Assembly (NCBI GenBank): GCA_963718045.1
Contig: OY970350.1
Coordinates: 60,001 to 92,000, forward strand
Origin: Candidatus Saccharimonadota bacterium
Lineage (GTDB): Bacteria; Patescibacteriota; Saccharimonadia; Saccharimonadales; UBA4665
Direction: 5' to 3'
Length of the DNA: 32,000 nucleotides
A program made the translations under genes and the position numbers. Below the pieces are notes generated by a model. The model did no database searches. It was not told the origin of the DNA and was given only the letters and a program-made list of their open reading frames with translations. This document shows, piece by piece, positions 25,499 to 32,000 of this stretch (position 1 is its first letter; the number at the start of each line of letters is the position of its first letter).

Positions 25499-27118
25499 AT
25501 GAGCAACAATAGCCAGGAATCACACCGTTCTTTTACTGACGCAGCCTCACGCATCGCGTTTGCCTCGGCGGCCTTAATCGGACAATATGCGCCGAATCAT
25601 GGACAATCCTCTTTGGATAATACTCCAGCAGTTGCAGCATCGGCATCACCAGAAGTAGCCGGATTACTACCAGCTGAGACCACTAGCAAAGATGCTGAGT
25701 CGACCCCTGAAGCTGCACCAGAATCATCGACATTTAGGCAATACCTAAATCAGAACACAGTCTATATTAATGGTTCTGACTGCACTGGAATGCTAATACA
25801 CGAGGATGGCGACGTAAATAAACCCGCGGTAGCAGTTGCTTCGGCCGCTCATTGCGGTTATTTAAAAGATATGCCCTCAAATATTTATTGGTATGGCACT
25901 ACCTATCAAGAAGGTTCAGATGGGCAAACTTACACGGTTAAAGCGTCACAAATTGCTGAAATTGGAAAATCAAGCGATGATCTCACTCCCGTCGGTCAGA
26001 TCTCGCAAGTGGTCTTAAGCAGCAATGCTTCTGAGAATGATCAGTTATTGGGCGTTCTGCCTGGATATACGGCTGAGCAGGCAATAGAGGGATACCGCCA
26101 GGAACTTATTACTGCCGCTGAAGTCAATGCATTAATACCTGGTAAAACCAAAGGAATACTGCGCGGCTGGCCAGTTAATCAAACGGAAAGCCAACCTGAC
26201 GTTATGACTACTCAAGAATTCCCAATGACTTACGTCGGTAGGTTAAATGTTGCTATGAAAAGTGAGCAGAATTTAGAAGTCTCAGTTTGGGCTATCAAAG
26301 ATGATAAAGATAATGCAATCTGCAGTTTTGGCGATAGTGGCGGTCAAGGAGTGACAGAGATAAACGGGCAGCCGGTATTACTAGGGCCGGAATCGGTATT
26401 TTGGCCCTTCGTTAAGCTAACTGGCTATGTCAGCCCGACTGATTTTAATAATGACAATAATTATCCGTCTAGTGGTTTAGAAGCTATGAAAGAAGCATTT
26501 CCAGATTTTGACTGGAAAGGCACTTCAGCCGCCTGTGGTTTTAATTGGGTATCACCGGAATCAACCCAAACTGTCAACGTTGTCCCTAATAGTTCGGATA
26601 TTCCTGGAGAAGAATACTCGGCAATCGATCGTCCTATTTATGAGACAGAGCTGCAGTTTGCCAATCCGAATATCCCCCGTACCGTTGTTAACGGCACGGT
26701 TTTAGTAAACGTTTTGGATAAAGGTGGCGGTACTGGTCTGCCAGGGATTGCCGTAAATAATCCTATCATCTCACAAGGTCCAGATAATAGTTTAAATGTT
26801 GGCTATTATGTCCCCACACTGCCCGGTGAGATAGAGGTTGTAAATGCACCGATTAGTGACATCGTATTTTATCAGAATAGCCCGAATACAGCTTTAAATA
26901 CTTTTGTCTCCAAAGGGCCGATATCCTATCCGTCTAGTGCTGCAGCAGAAGCTGTTAAAACGATTGGCATAACGCTTAATAACGGTGAAATGGTCGGCAC
27001 TCAGATTGATCCGGGGTCTCTGACAGGGTTGAGCCCCGATTATAGTCTGCAAGTCGTAGGCAACCAGTATAATTTTGTACCAGTGAACGAACCCACCCCA
27101 ACAAACCCTAGCTCTTAA
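25499..27118 (+). CDS. Trypsin/chymotrypsin-like (S1 family) serine protease, probably exported, with unknown 240-aa C-terminal region
   Basis: The catalytic triad contexts are VASAAHCG (His118, 25850-52), ENDQLLGVL (Asp181) and CSFGDSGGQG (Ser280, 26336-38). The N-terminus has a hydrophobic stretch, RIAFASAALIGQYA, followed by an S/T/A/P/E-rich linker. Confidence 0.75.
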   Translation: MSNNSQESHRSFTDAASRIAFASAALIGQYAPNHGQSSLDNTPAVAASASPEVAGLLPAETTSKDAESTPEAAPESSTFRQYLNQNTVYINGSDCTGMLIHEDGDVNKPAVAVASAAHCGYLKDMPSNIYWYGTTYQEGSDGQTYTVKASQIAEIGKSSDDLTPVGQISQVVLSSNASENDQLLGVLPGYTAEQAIEGYRQELITAAEVNALIPGKTKGILRGWPVNQTESQPDVMTTQEFPMTYVGRLNVAMKSEQNLEVSVWAIKDDKDNAICSFGDSGGQGVTEINGQPVLLGPESVFWPFVKLTGYVSPTDFNNDNNYPSSGLEAMKEAFPDFDWKGTSAACGFNWVSPESTQTVNVVPNSSDIPGEEYSAIDRPIYETELQFANPNIPRTVVNGTVLVNVLDKGGGTGLPGIAVNNPIISQGPDNSLNVGYYVPTLPGEIEVVNAPISDIVFYQNSPNTALNTFVSKGPISYPSSAAAEAVKTIGITLNNGEMVGTQIDPGSLTGLSPDYSLQVVGNQYNFVPVNEPTPTNPSS

Positions 27119-27211
27119 TCAAACGTCAGTATCCATGTTTGGTTATTTGCTTGTTACGATGTTTTTTAGATTCGTAAAGAAAAGAAGTATTTAACTCTGT
27201 TAAGCTTATGC

Positions 27212-27217
27212 TATAAT
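27212..27217 (+). promoter_or_regulatory. Consensus -10 TATAAT 7 nt upstream of pilM ATG
   Basis: TATAAT at 27212-27217 is followed by cagccat (7 nt, no SD) and then ATG 27225. The -35 is weak (TTTAAC at 27190-27195). Confidence 0.5.
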
Positions 27218-27224
27218 CAGCCAT

Positions 27225-28274
27225 ATGAATATCTTGAGTGGGATCACTGATTTTTTCGGTCTCAATATCGGATCAACAGAAGTACGATTGGTACAACTAA
27301 AAGGTAACCCTCCCAGCAAATCACTAGTACGTTATGCTTTTGTACCGATAGACGGTAAATTATCTTTCAGTGATTCTAAAGCTGATCAGCAAAAACTAGC
27401 CGCTATAATTGCTGATCTCGTCTCTAAGAGCCAAGTATCAACTAAGAATGTAGCTGTCGGTATACCTTCGCAGAGGGTCTTTACGACAGTTGTCGATATG
27501 GATCGTCTGCCTAATAACGAATTATCTAAGGCTATAAAGTTCCAGGTTGGTTCCTTAATTCCAACACCCAGTGAAGAATCCAAGTTTGACTGGGCAGTAA
27601 TTGGTGATTCACCACAGGATAAAAATAAAGTCGAGGTCTTACTTTCAAGCGTTACAAATAACTTCGTTGAAAAGTATCTTGACATGCTGGAAGGCATTGG
27701 GCTCAACGTTATAGCTTTTGAACCAGATACCATGGCACTTTGCCGGGCACTTAATGAACCCGGTGCAGCTCCTCCCCAAGTAGTTGTCTATGTTGACAGT
27801 AAAAGCACTGATCTTGCTATTACCTTAGGCGGAGCACCACGCTTAACCAGAACAATAGCTACGGGCAGTGAAGTAATTATTAGGACCGGTGCCCAGAATC
27901 TTAACGTTGATGAAAAACAGGCCGAACAGCTGATAAATAAGTTCGGTCTCGGCAAAGATAAACTCGAAGGCCAAGTCTATCAGGCCATTATCGGTACTAT
28001 TAATGTCATTATTAACGAGATTGAGAAATCAATTAAGTTTTTTTCTACCCGCTACACGAATACAAAAATTGACCGTATTATAGTTAGCGGCGCAGCCGCT
28101 ACCATACCCGAGTTTCCGGTTTTCCTAGCTAATAGATTCGGCATAAATGTCGAAATAGGCAATGCTTGGCGCAATGTGCTTTATGATCCATCAAGACAAA
28201 ATGAATTGATGGCGGTTTCTAATCAATTCGGCATAGCTGCCGGACTGGCAGAGAGGAAAAATGGCGGAGTTTAA
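27225..28274 (+). CDS. pilM: Type IV pilus assembly protein PilM (actin-like ATPase fold)
   Basis: It is 349 aa, with the N-terminus FGLNIGSTEVRLVQL typical of PilM/FtsA-like proteins. Its position heads a pilN/pilO/pilB/pilT cluster. Confidence 0.85.
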   Translation: MNILSGITDFFGLNIGSTEVRLVQLKGNPPSKSLVRYAFVPIDGKLSFSDSKADQQKLAAIIADLVSKSQVSTKNVAVGIPSQRVFTTVVDMDRLPNNELSKAIKFQVGSLIPTPSEESKFDWAVIGDSPQDKNKVEVLLSSVTNNFVEKYLDMLEGIGLNVIAFEPDTMALCRALNEPGAAPPQVVVYVDSKSTDLAITLGGAPRLTRTIATGSEVIIRTGAQNLNVDEKQAEQLINKFGLGKDKLEGQVYQAIIGTINVIINEIEKSIKFFSTRYTNTKIDRIIVSGAAATIPEFPVFLANRFGINVEIGNAWRNVLYDPSRQNELMAVSNQFGIAAGLAERKNGGV

Positions 28275-28947
28275 TTTATTACCAGACGTAAAAATGCAGT
28301 ATCTGCGCACTAAGCGCTTGGAGCATTTAGTGGTAACTGCTTCAGTTATTGTGGGCTCGATTTCTCTGGCTGCTTTCTTATTCTTATTTGTCTACGTTGA
28401 CCTTATCCAGCACTCATCAATTAACAATTTGGATAATCAGATTAATTCATCAAAAAGCACACTTGTATCAAATAAGGACCTGAATGAAGTACTAACTATC
28501 CAAAACCAGCTAAAGAGTTTACCTCAGCTTGAGGCTCAAACTCCGACCGTATCCAGGCTGTTTACCTATATAACAGACTTAACACCAGTTAATGTTACCA
28601 TTTCATCACTTAATATCAGCTTCACGGCCAACACCATTTCTATAACTGGTGCAGCAGACACACTGTCGACAGTAAACACCTACGTCGACACGTTGAAATA
28701 CGCAACTTATAATAACTTGACTGACAATACAACGAGTAATCAAGCTTTTAATACGGTAATTCTTTCTTCGTTCAACTACGACAATAGCCAGACTAGTGGT
28801 TCCCAGGCTCAGTACTCCATAACCTGCAACTTTGATCCAGCACTGTTTGATAGCAGCAATAACGTAACACTCCAGGTACCAACCGAAATTACAACCCGCT
28901 CAATCCTTAATCAGCCGGCATTATTTAAATCTAACAAGTCATCATAA
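28261..28947 (+). CDS. pilN: PilN-like pilus assembly protein
   Basis: The N-terminal FNLLPD motif (the PilM-binding INLLP signature) is followed by a single TM helix VVTASVIVGSISLAAFLFLFVYV and then a periplasmic-type domain. The gene overlaps pilM by 14 nt, and the SD GAGAGGAAAA lies upstream. Confidence 0.7.
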   Translation: MAEFNLLPDVKMQYLRTKRLEHLVVTASVIVGSISLAAFLFLFVYVDLIQHSSINNLDNQINSSKSTLVSNKDLNEVLTIQNQLKSLPQLEAQTPTVSRLFTYITDLTPVNVTISSLNISFTANTISITGAADTLSTVNTYVDTLKYATYNNLTDNTTSNQAFNTVILSSFNYDNSQTSGSQAQYSITCNFDPALFDSSNNVTLQVPTEITTRSILNQPALFKSNKSS

Positions 28948-28955
28948 GAGGAAAT

Positions 28956-29606
28956 ATGGCTCAATTATCTGTAAAAAGAGAACAAATTGAAAAATCTAGG
29001 GCGACAATGCTAACATTTGCTTCTGCCGCCATATTCCTATTTATCTTTAGTATTATTGCCGGGCATGCTCTTTGGGGTAAGCTGAGTTTTCAGAGTCGGG
29101 TAATTAGTGACGATACAACGGCACGCAACCAGCTTCAAAAAGATGTCTCAGTGGCAAATACTCTGCAAAATAGCTATATAAACTTTAACGATGCCAGTAC
29201 CAACCTTTTAGGAACACCTGTTACCGGCACAAGTAACGATAACGCTAAAATAATTCTAGACAGCCTGCCAAGTCTATATGACTACCCAGCACTAGCCAGT
29301 AGTCTTGAAACACTTCTGAATAACCAAGGTGTCAAAATTGACTCCATTGGCGGAACTGATGAATCAGGTACAGTCTCAACAAGTCCCAACGGTCAGCCGG
29401 TAGCTATGCCATTTACCTTTACTGTCGATGGCCCGTATCAAAACATACAAAACTTAATCAATGAATTTCAACTATCAATAAGACCTTTTCAGTTCCAAAC
29501 TTTAGTCTTATCTGGTGGTCAATCTGATGTTAACCTAGATGTTACCGCCCAGACATATTTCCAGCCAGCTTCTCAGTTTAGTATAACTACCAAGAAGGTG
29601 GACTAA
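28956..29606 (+). CDS. pilO: PilO-like pilus assembly protein
   Basis: It has a short cytoplasmic N-terminus, one TM helix (MLTFASAAIFLFIFSIIAG), a predicted coiled segment and then an alpha/beta domain. The call rests on position after pilN and topology, not on motifs. Confidence 0.55.
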   Translation: MAQLSVKREQIEKSRATMLTFASAAIFLFIFSIIAGHALWGKLSFQSRVISDDTTARNQLQKDVSVANTLQNSYINFNDASTNLLGTPVTGTSNDNAKIILDSLPSLYDYPALASSLETLLNNQGVKIDSIGGTDESGTVSTSPNGQPVAMPFTFTVDGPYQNIQNLINEFQLSIRPFQFQTLVLSGGQSDVNLDVTAQTYFQPASQFSITTKKVD

Positions 29607-29852
29607 ATGAAACAAAAAGAAATAGTTATGCTAGCCGGTTCACTCTTAGGTGCGATATTTATAGCTATCCTGGCGGATAAGTTTTTATTCTCTAACTATG
29701 TCAGTACTGGTACTCAGGTAGATGTAGTACCTGTAATCAGTTCAGACTTTAAAGCACCATCCAGTAAGTACTTCAACCCTCAAGCTATTGATCCAACTCA
29801 GATTATTAATATTGGGCCCAACAATAGCCAGACACCTTTTAACAACCAATAG
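29607..29852 (+). CDS. Small single-TM protein of the pilus cluster (unknown)
   Basis: 81 aa with the TM helix IVMLAGSLLGAIFIAILA. The ATG abuts the pilO stop (TAAATG). It has no prepilin G/FTLIE-type signal, so it is not a pilin. Confidence 0.45.
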   Translation: MKQKEIVMLAGSLLGAIFIAILADKFLFSNYVSTGTQVDVVPVISSDFKAPSSKYFNPQAIDPTQIINIGPNNSQTPFNNQ

Positions 29853-29867
29853 CGAGGGTCTTAAACA

Positions 29868-31652
29868 ATGAGCGTTTTATCCGAAGATACGCAGCAATCT
29901 GTTCAAGACAATCTCCTCAAAGACGGCCTAATTACGGCCGATAAAATTACCGAGGTAAAGCAAAAAGCCGAAAAAGAGCACCAATCGCTGGTATCAGTAC
30001 TAGTTAAAGATAAATATATAAACAATGAACAGTTAACAAAATATATAGCCCATGCTAACAATCTGCCATACGTAAACCTAAAAGATGCTTATGTCGAACC
30101 GTCTTCATTAGAGCTTTTGCCTAAAGACGTAGCTGAACATTATATGGCTGTTACTTTAGGCGAAATAGACAACAAGGTTATTGTTGCTATGCTTGATGCC
30201 GATAACATCCAGGCAGTAGACTTCCTGCAAAACAAGATAGGCAGACCAATAAAGGTCTATGCTGCCAGCGAAGAGGGTATTAAGAACGTCCTTAAACAGT
30301 ACAAAATTAAGATTGATGACACTGCCGATGTCCAATATTCCGGTCAAGGTGCTGAAATACTAGATAAAACCGAAGCCGAAACGGGCGGTAAAAATATCCA
30401 AAGTGTAGTTCAGGAATCACCAATAACCAAGGCCTTAAATACCATCCTAGATTTTGCCGCTAATAACCGGGCTAGTGACATCCATATGGAACCAAGTGAA
30501 ACTGAGCTTAAAATCCGCTGTCGGGTTGATGGTGTCTTAAGAGAAATAATGAAACTACCTAAAAATGTCGAACCAGCTATGGTTTCACGGGTAAAGATTC
30601 TGTCTAACTTAAAGATTGATGAACACCGCATTCCCCAGGACGGTGATTTTTCGATAATTGTAGGTAAGAAAAAGATTGACCTTCGAATAGCTATTTCGCC
30701 AGTTGTATGGGGCGAGCAAATCGTTATTAGATTGCTCGATAAAACCAGCACTGCCTTAGACCTAGAATCTATGGGCTATAAGGGTAGGACCCTCAGAGCT
30801 GTTAGAAAAGGTATTACCGCAACTAGTGGAATGATATTGACCTCAGGTCCTACTGGTTCAGGTAAGACTACATCTATGTATGCTCTTCTACAAGAAGTAA
30901 AGAGTGAAAGCGTCAACATTATTACTATGGAAGATCCGGTCGAATATAAAATTGAGGGGATTAACCAGATTCAGGTAAATCCTGAAGTCGGCCTAACATT
31001 TGCCACTGGTTTAAGATCTATACTCAGGCAGGATCCAGACATAATTATGGTCGGGGAGATAAGAGATAAAGAGACAGCGGAACTCGCTATCCAGGCGTCT
31101 TTAACCGGCCACTTAGTTTTTAGTACCCTCCATACTAATTCAGCTGCCGGAATATTACCCCGTCTTTTAGATATGGGTGTGGAGCCGTTCTTAATTGCAT
31201 CAACAATCCGGACAGTTCTCGGCCAGCGTCTGGTACGCAAAATTACTGACGAGCATAGCCAATATAAGTCAAGCGCTATTGAAACGGCTGCCATTAAAGA
31301 AGTAGTCAACGATATTCTACCGGCGGCTAATACAGACATTGAGGCGGTATTTAATGACCTTGGCTATAACAACTTGCCCTTACAAGGTCAAAATGGGTAT
31401 ACTTTAGCTAGAGGCGTTGATAGCCCCCGTTCTCCAGGTGGCTTTAGCGGCCGAGTAGGAATTTATGAAGCCTTCGAGGTTACGCCTACTATCCAGCAGT
31501 TAATCCTAGATAGAGCTACTGCAAATAAAATTAACGAAGTAGCTCAAAAAGAGGGAATGATATCAATGCGCGAAGATGGGTATCTGAAAGCATTAACAAT
31601 GCAGACAACAATCCAAGAAATCGATAGAGTTATATCCTCGGAAGAGTTATGA
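29868..31652 (+). CDS. pilB: Type IV pilus extension ATPase PilB (GspE family)
   Basis: It has an N-terminal T2SSE_N-type domain, Walker A GPTGSGKTT, Asp box MEDPVEY, Walker B DPDIIMVGEIRD and His box TGHLVFSTLHTN. There is only one Cys in 594 aa. Confidence 0.9.
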   Translation: MSVLSEDTQQSVQDNLLKDGLITADKITEVKQKAEKEHQSLVSVLVKDKYINNEQLTKYIAHANNLPYVNLKDAYVEPSSLELLPKDVAEHYMAVTLGEIDNKVIVAMLDADNIQAVDFLQNKIGRPIKVYAASEEGIKNVLKQYKIKIDDTADVQYSGQGAEILDKTEAETGGKNIQSVVQESPITKALNTILDFAANNRASDIHMEPSETELKIRCRVDGVLREIMKLPKNVEPAMVSRVKILSNLKIDEHRIPQDGDFSIIVGKKKIDLRIAISPVVWGEQIVIRLLDKTSTALDLESMGYKGRTLRAVRKGITATSGMILTSGPTGSGKTTSMYALLQEVKSESVNIITMEDPVEYKIEGINQIQVNPEVGLTFATGLRSILRQDPDIIMVGEIRDKETAELAIQASLTGHLVFSTLHTNSAAGILPRLLDMGVEPFLIASTIRTVLGQRLVRKITDEHSQYKSSAIETAAIKEVVNDILPAANTDIEAVFNDLGYNNLPLQGQNGYTLARGVDSPRSPGGFSGRVGIYEAFEVTPTIQQLILDRATANKINEVAQKEGMISMREDGYLKALTMQTTIQEIDRVISSEEL

Positions 31653-31686
31653 TGAAGACAAATAATGAAAAACTTAAAGGTGGGAT

Positions 31687-32000
31687 ATGGACAGTAAGCC
31701 ACGCATAGAGCCTCTACTTGAAGATGTAATAAAAAAGAAGGCCTCTGACCTTCATATTCAAGTAGGTCTGCCGCCGATGATTAGAATAGACAGTAATCTA
31801 TTCCCAGTTCCCGAAGCTGAGCCCTTAACTGAAGAGAATGTAGAGAGCTTACTCTTCTCCATACTCGATGATGAGCAAAAACAGATCTTAATTAAAGACA
31901 AAGAGTATGACTTTAGTTTTGCCTTTGGTGATTTAGGCAGATTCAGAGTAAATGCCTTCCACGAAAGAGGCAATCTGGCAGGCGCTTTCCGTTTAATACC
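31687..32000 (+). CDS. pilT: Twitching-motility retraction ATPase PilT, 3'-truncated by window edge
   Basis: This ORF is not in the track because it has no stop before the window ends. My translation from ATG 31687 is MDSKPRIEPLLEDVIKKKASDLHIQVGLPPMIRIDSNLFPV...DFSFAFGDLGRFRVNAFHERGNLAGAFRLI. That is the canonical PilT N-terminal domain (ASDLHL, RFRVN). An SD-like AAGGTGGG lies upstream. Confidence 0.85.
   Translation, partial: MDSKPRIEPLLEDVIKKKASDLHIQVGLPPMIRIDSNLFPVPEAEPLTEENVESLLFSILDDEQKQILIKDKEYDFSFAFGDLGRFRVNAFHERGNLAGAFRLI

Noticed and set aside
27119-27155. Weak hairpins after operon ends: CAAAC-12 nt-GTTTG followed by a U-rich run after the protease gene, and TCTAGG-8 nt-CCTAGA (17842-17861) after RNase J.
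   Set aside because: The stems are 5-6 bp with large loops. The second lacks a U-tract. Neither is convincing as an intrinsic terminator without energy calculation and conservation.
29868-30170. Possible c-di-GMP-binding MshEN motif in the PilB N-terminal domain (SVQDNLLKDGLITADKITEVKQKAEKE).
   Set aside because: Only the central LL-x-x-G-L-I part fits. The leading R-L-G and the trailing L-x-x-x-L-x-x-Q positions are not matched. This is insufficient to claim ligand binding.
378-31973. The many 60-160-aa minus-strand or off-frame ORFs in the track. Examples are 378..647, 1669..1968, 2071..2424, 3864..4172, 14080..14373, 16592..17031, 19498..19818, 30410..30751, 30971..31339 and 31758..31973.
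   Set aside because: Every one lies entirely inside a long, well-supported gene on the other strand or in another frame. Their compositions are Ser/Leu/Arg-rich and low-complexity, and they have no recognisable motifs, SDs or promoters. They are typical shadow ORFs.
1-32000. Alternative genetic code (UGA as a sense codon, as in some CPR lineages), and any tRNA, rRNA, CRISPR array, transposase, integrase or long flanking repeat.
   Set aside because: UGA terminates truB, efp and pilB at homolog-consistent lengths, and all genes are intact under the standard code. The non-coding spacers are at most 203 nt, and none shows a cloverleaf, a repeat-spacer array or terminal inverted repeats. No ORF has recombinase or transposase motifs.

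Overview
This is a dense, nearly gap-free, mostly plus-strand stretch of a small, moderately AT-rich bacterial genome. It uses the standard genetic code: UGA closes truB, efp and pilB at lengths consistent with homologs. I call about 34 protein genes and see no rRNA, tRNA, CRISPR, transposase or integrase.

Gene content, in order:
- the 3' part of dnaG, then rpoD, a P-loop kinase, polA, a HAD hydrolase, mutM, holA and rpsT
- a catalytically degenerate DHH-like protein with a long proline-rich tail
- truB, rpsO-pnp, a family-4-like UDG, RNase J, ftsK, rpsF-ssb-rpsR, efp and ychF
- a probable secreted trypsin-like protease
- the start of a type IV pilus locus with no secretin between pilO and pilB (pilM-pilN-pilO-small TM protein-pilB-pilT; pilT runs off the window)

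The gene set, the extreme compaction and the pilus locus fit a reduced monoderm lineage such as CPR/Patescibacteria (Saccharibacteria-like). That placement is inference only.

I do not see a clear-cut new multi-gene system. The items most worth a second look are:
1. A repeated '-10 box, 6-8 nt, start codon, no SD' geometry that predicts leaderless mRNAs for at least five transcription units, including the pilus operon.
2. All five convergent gene junctions have zero or negative spacing.
3. A three-gene non-housekeeping islet lies between efp and ychF: a degenerate PRTase-like protein, a Crp/Fnr regulator and a bacterial PH-domain protein. It has a perfect 14-bp 5-4-5 palindrome placed like a class II activator site.
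4. A trypsin-like protease sits directly upstream of the pilus genes.
5. Several core proteins have lost canonical motifs: DHH, the UDG Fe-S cysteines, the PilB zinc motif and the PolA proofreading residues. EF-P also has Arg at the modification-site loop tip.

All promoter, start-site and structure calls were read by eye and are unverified.
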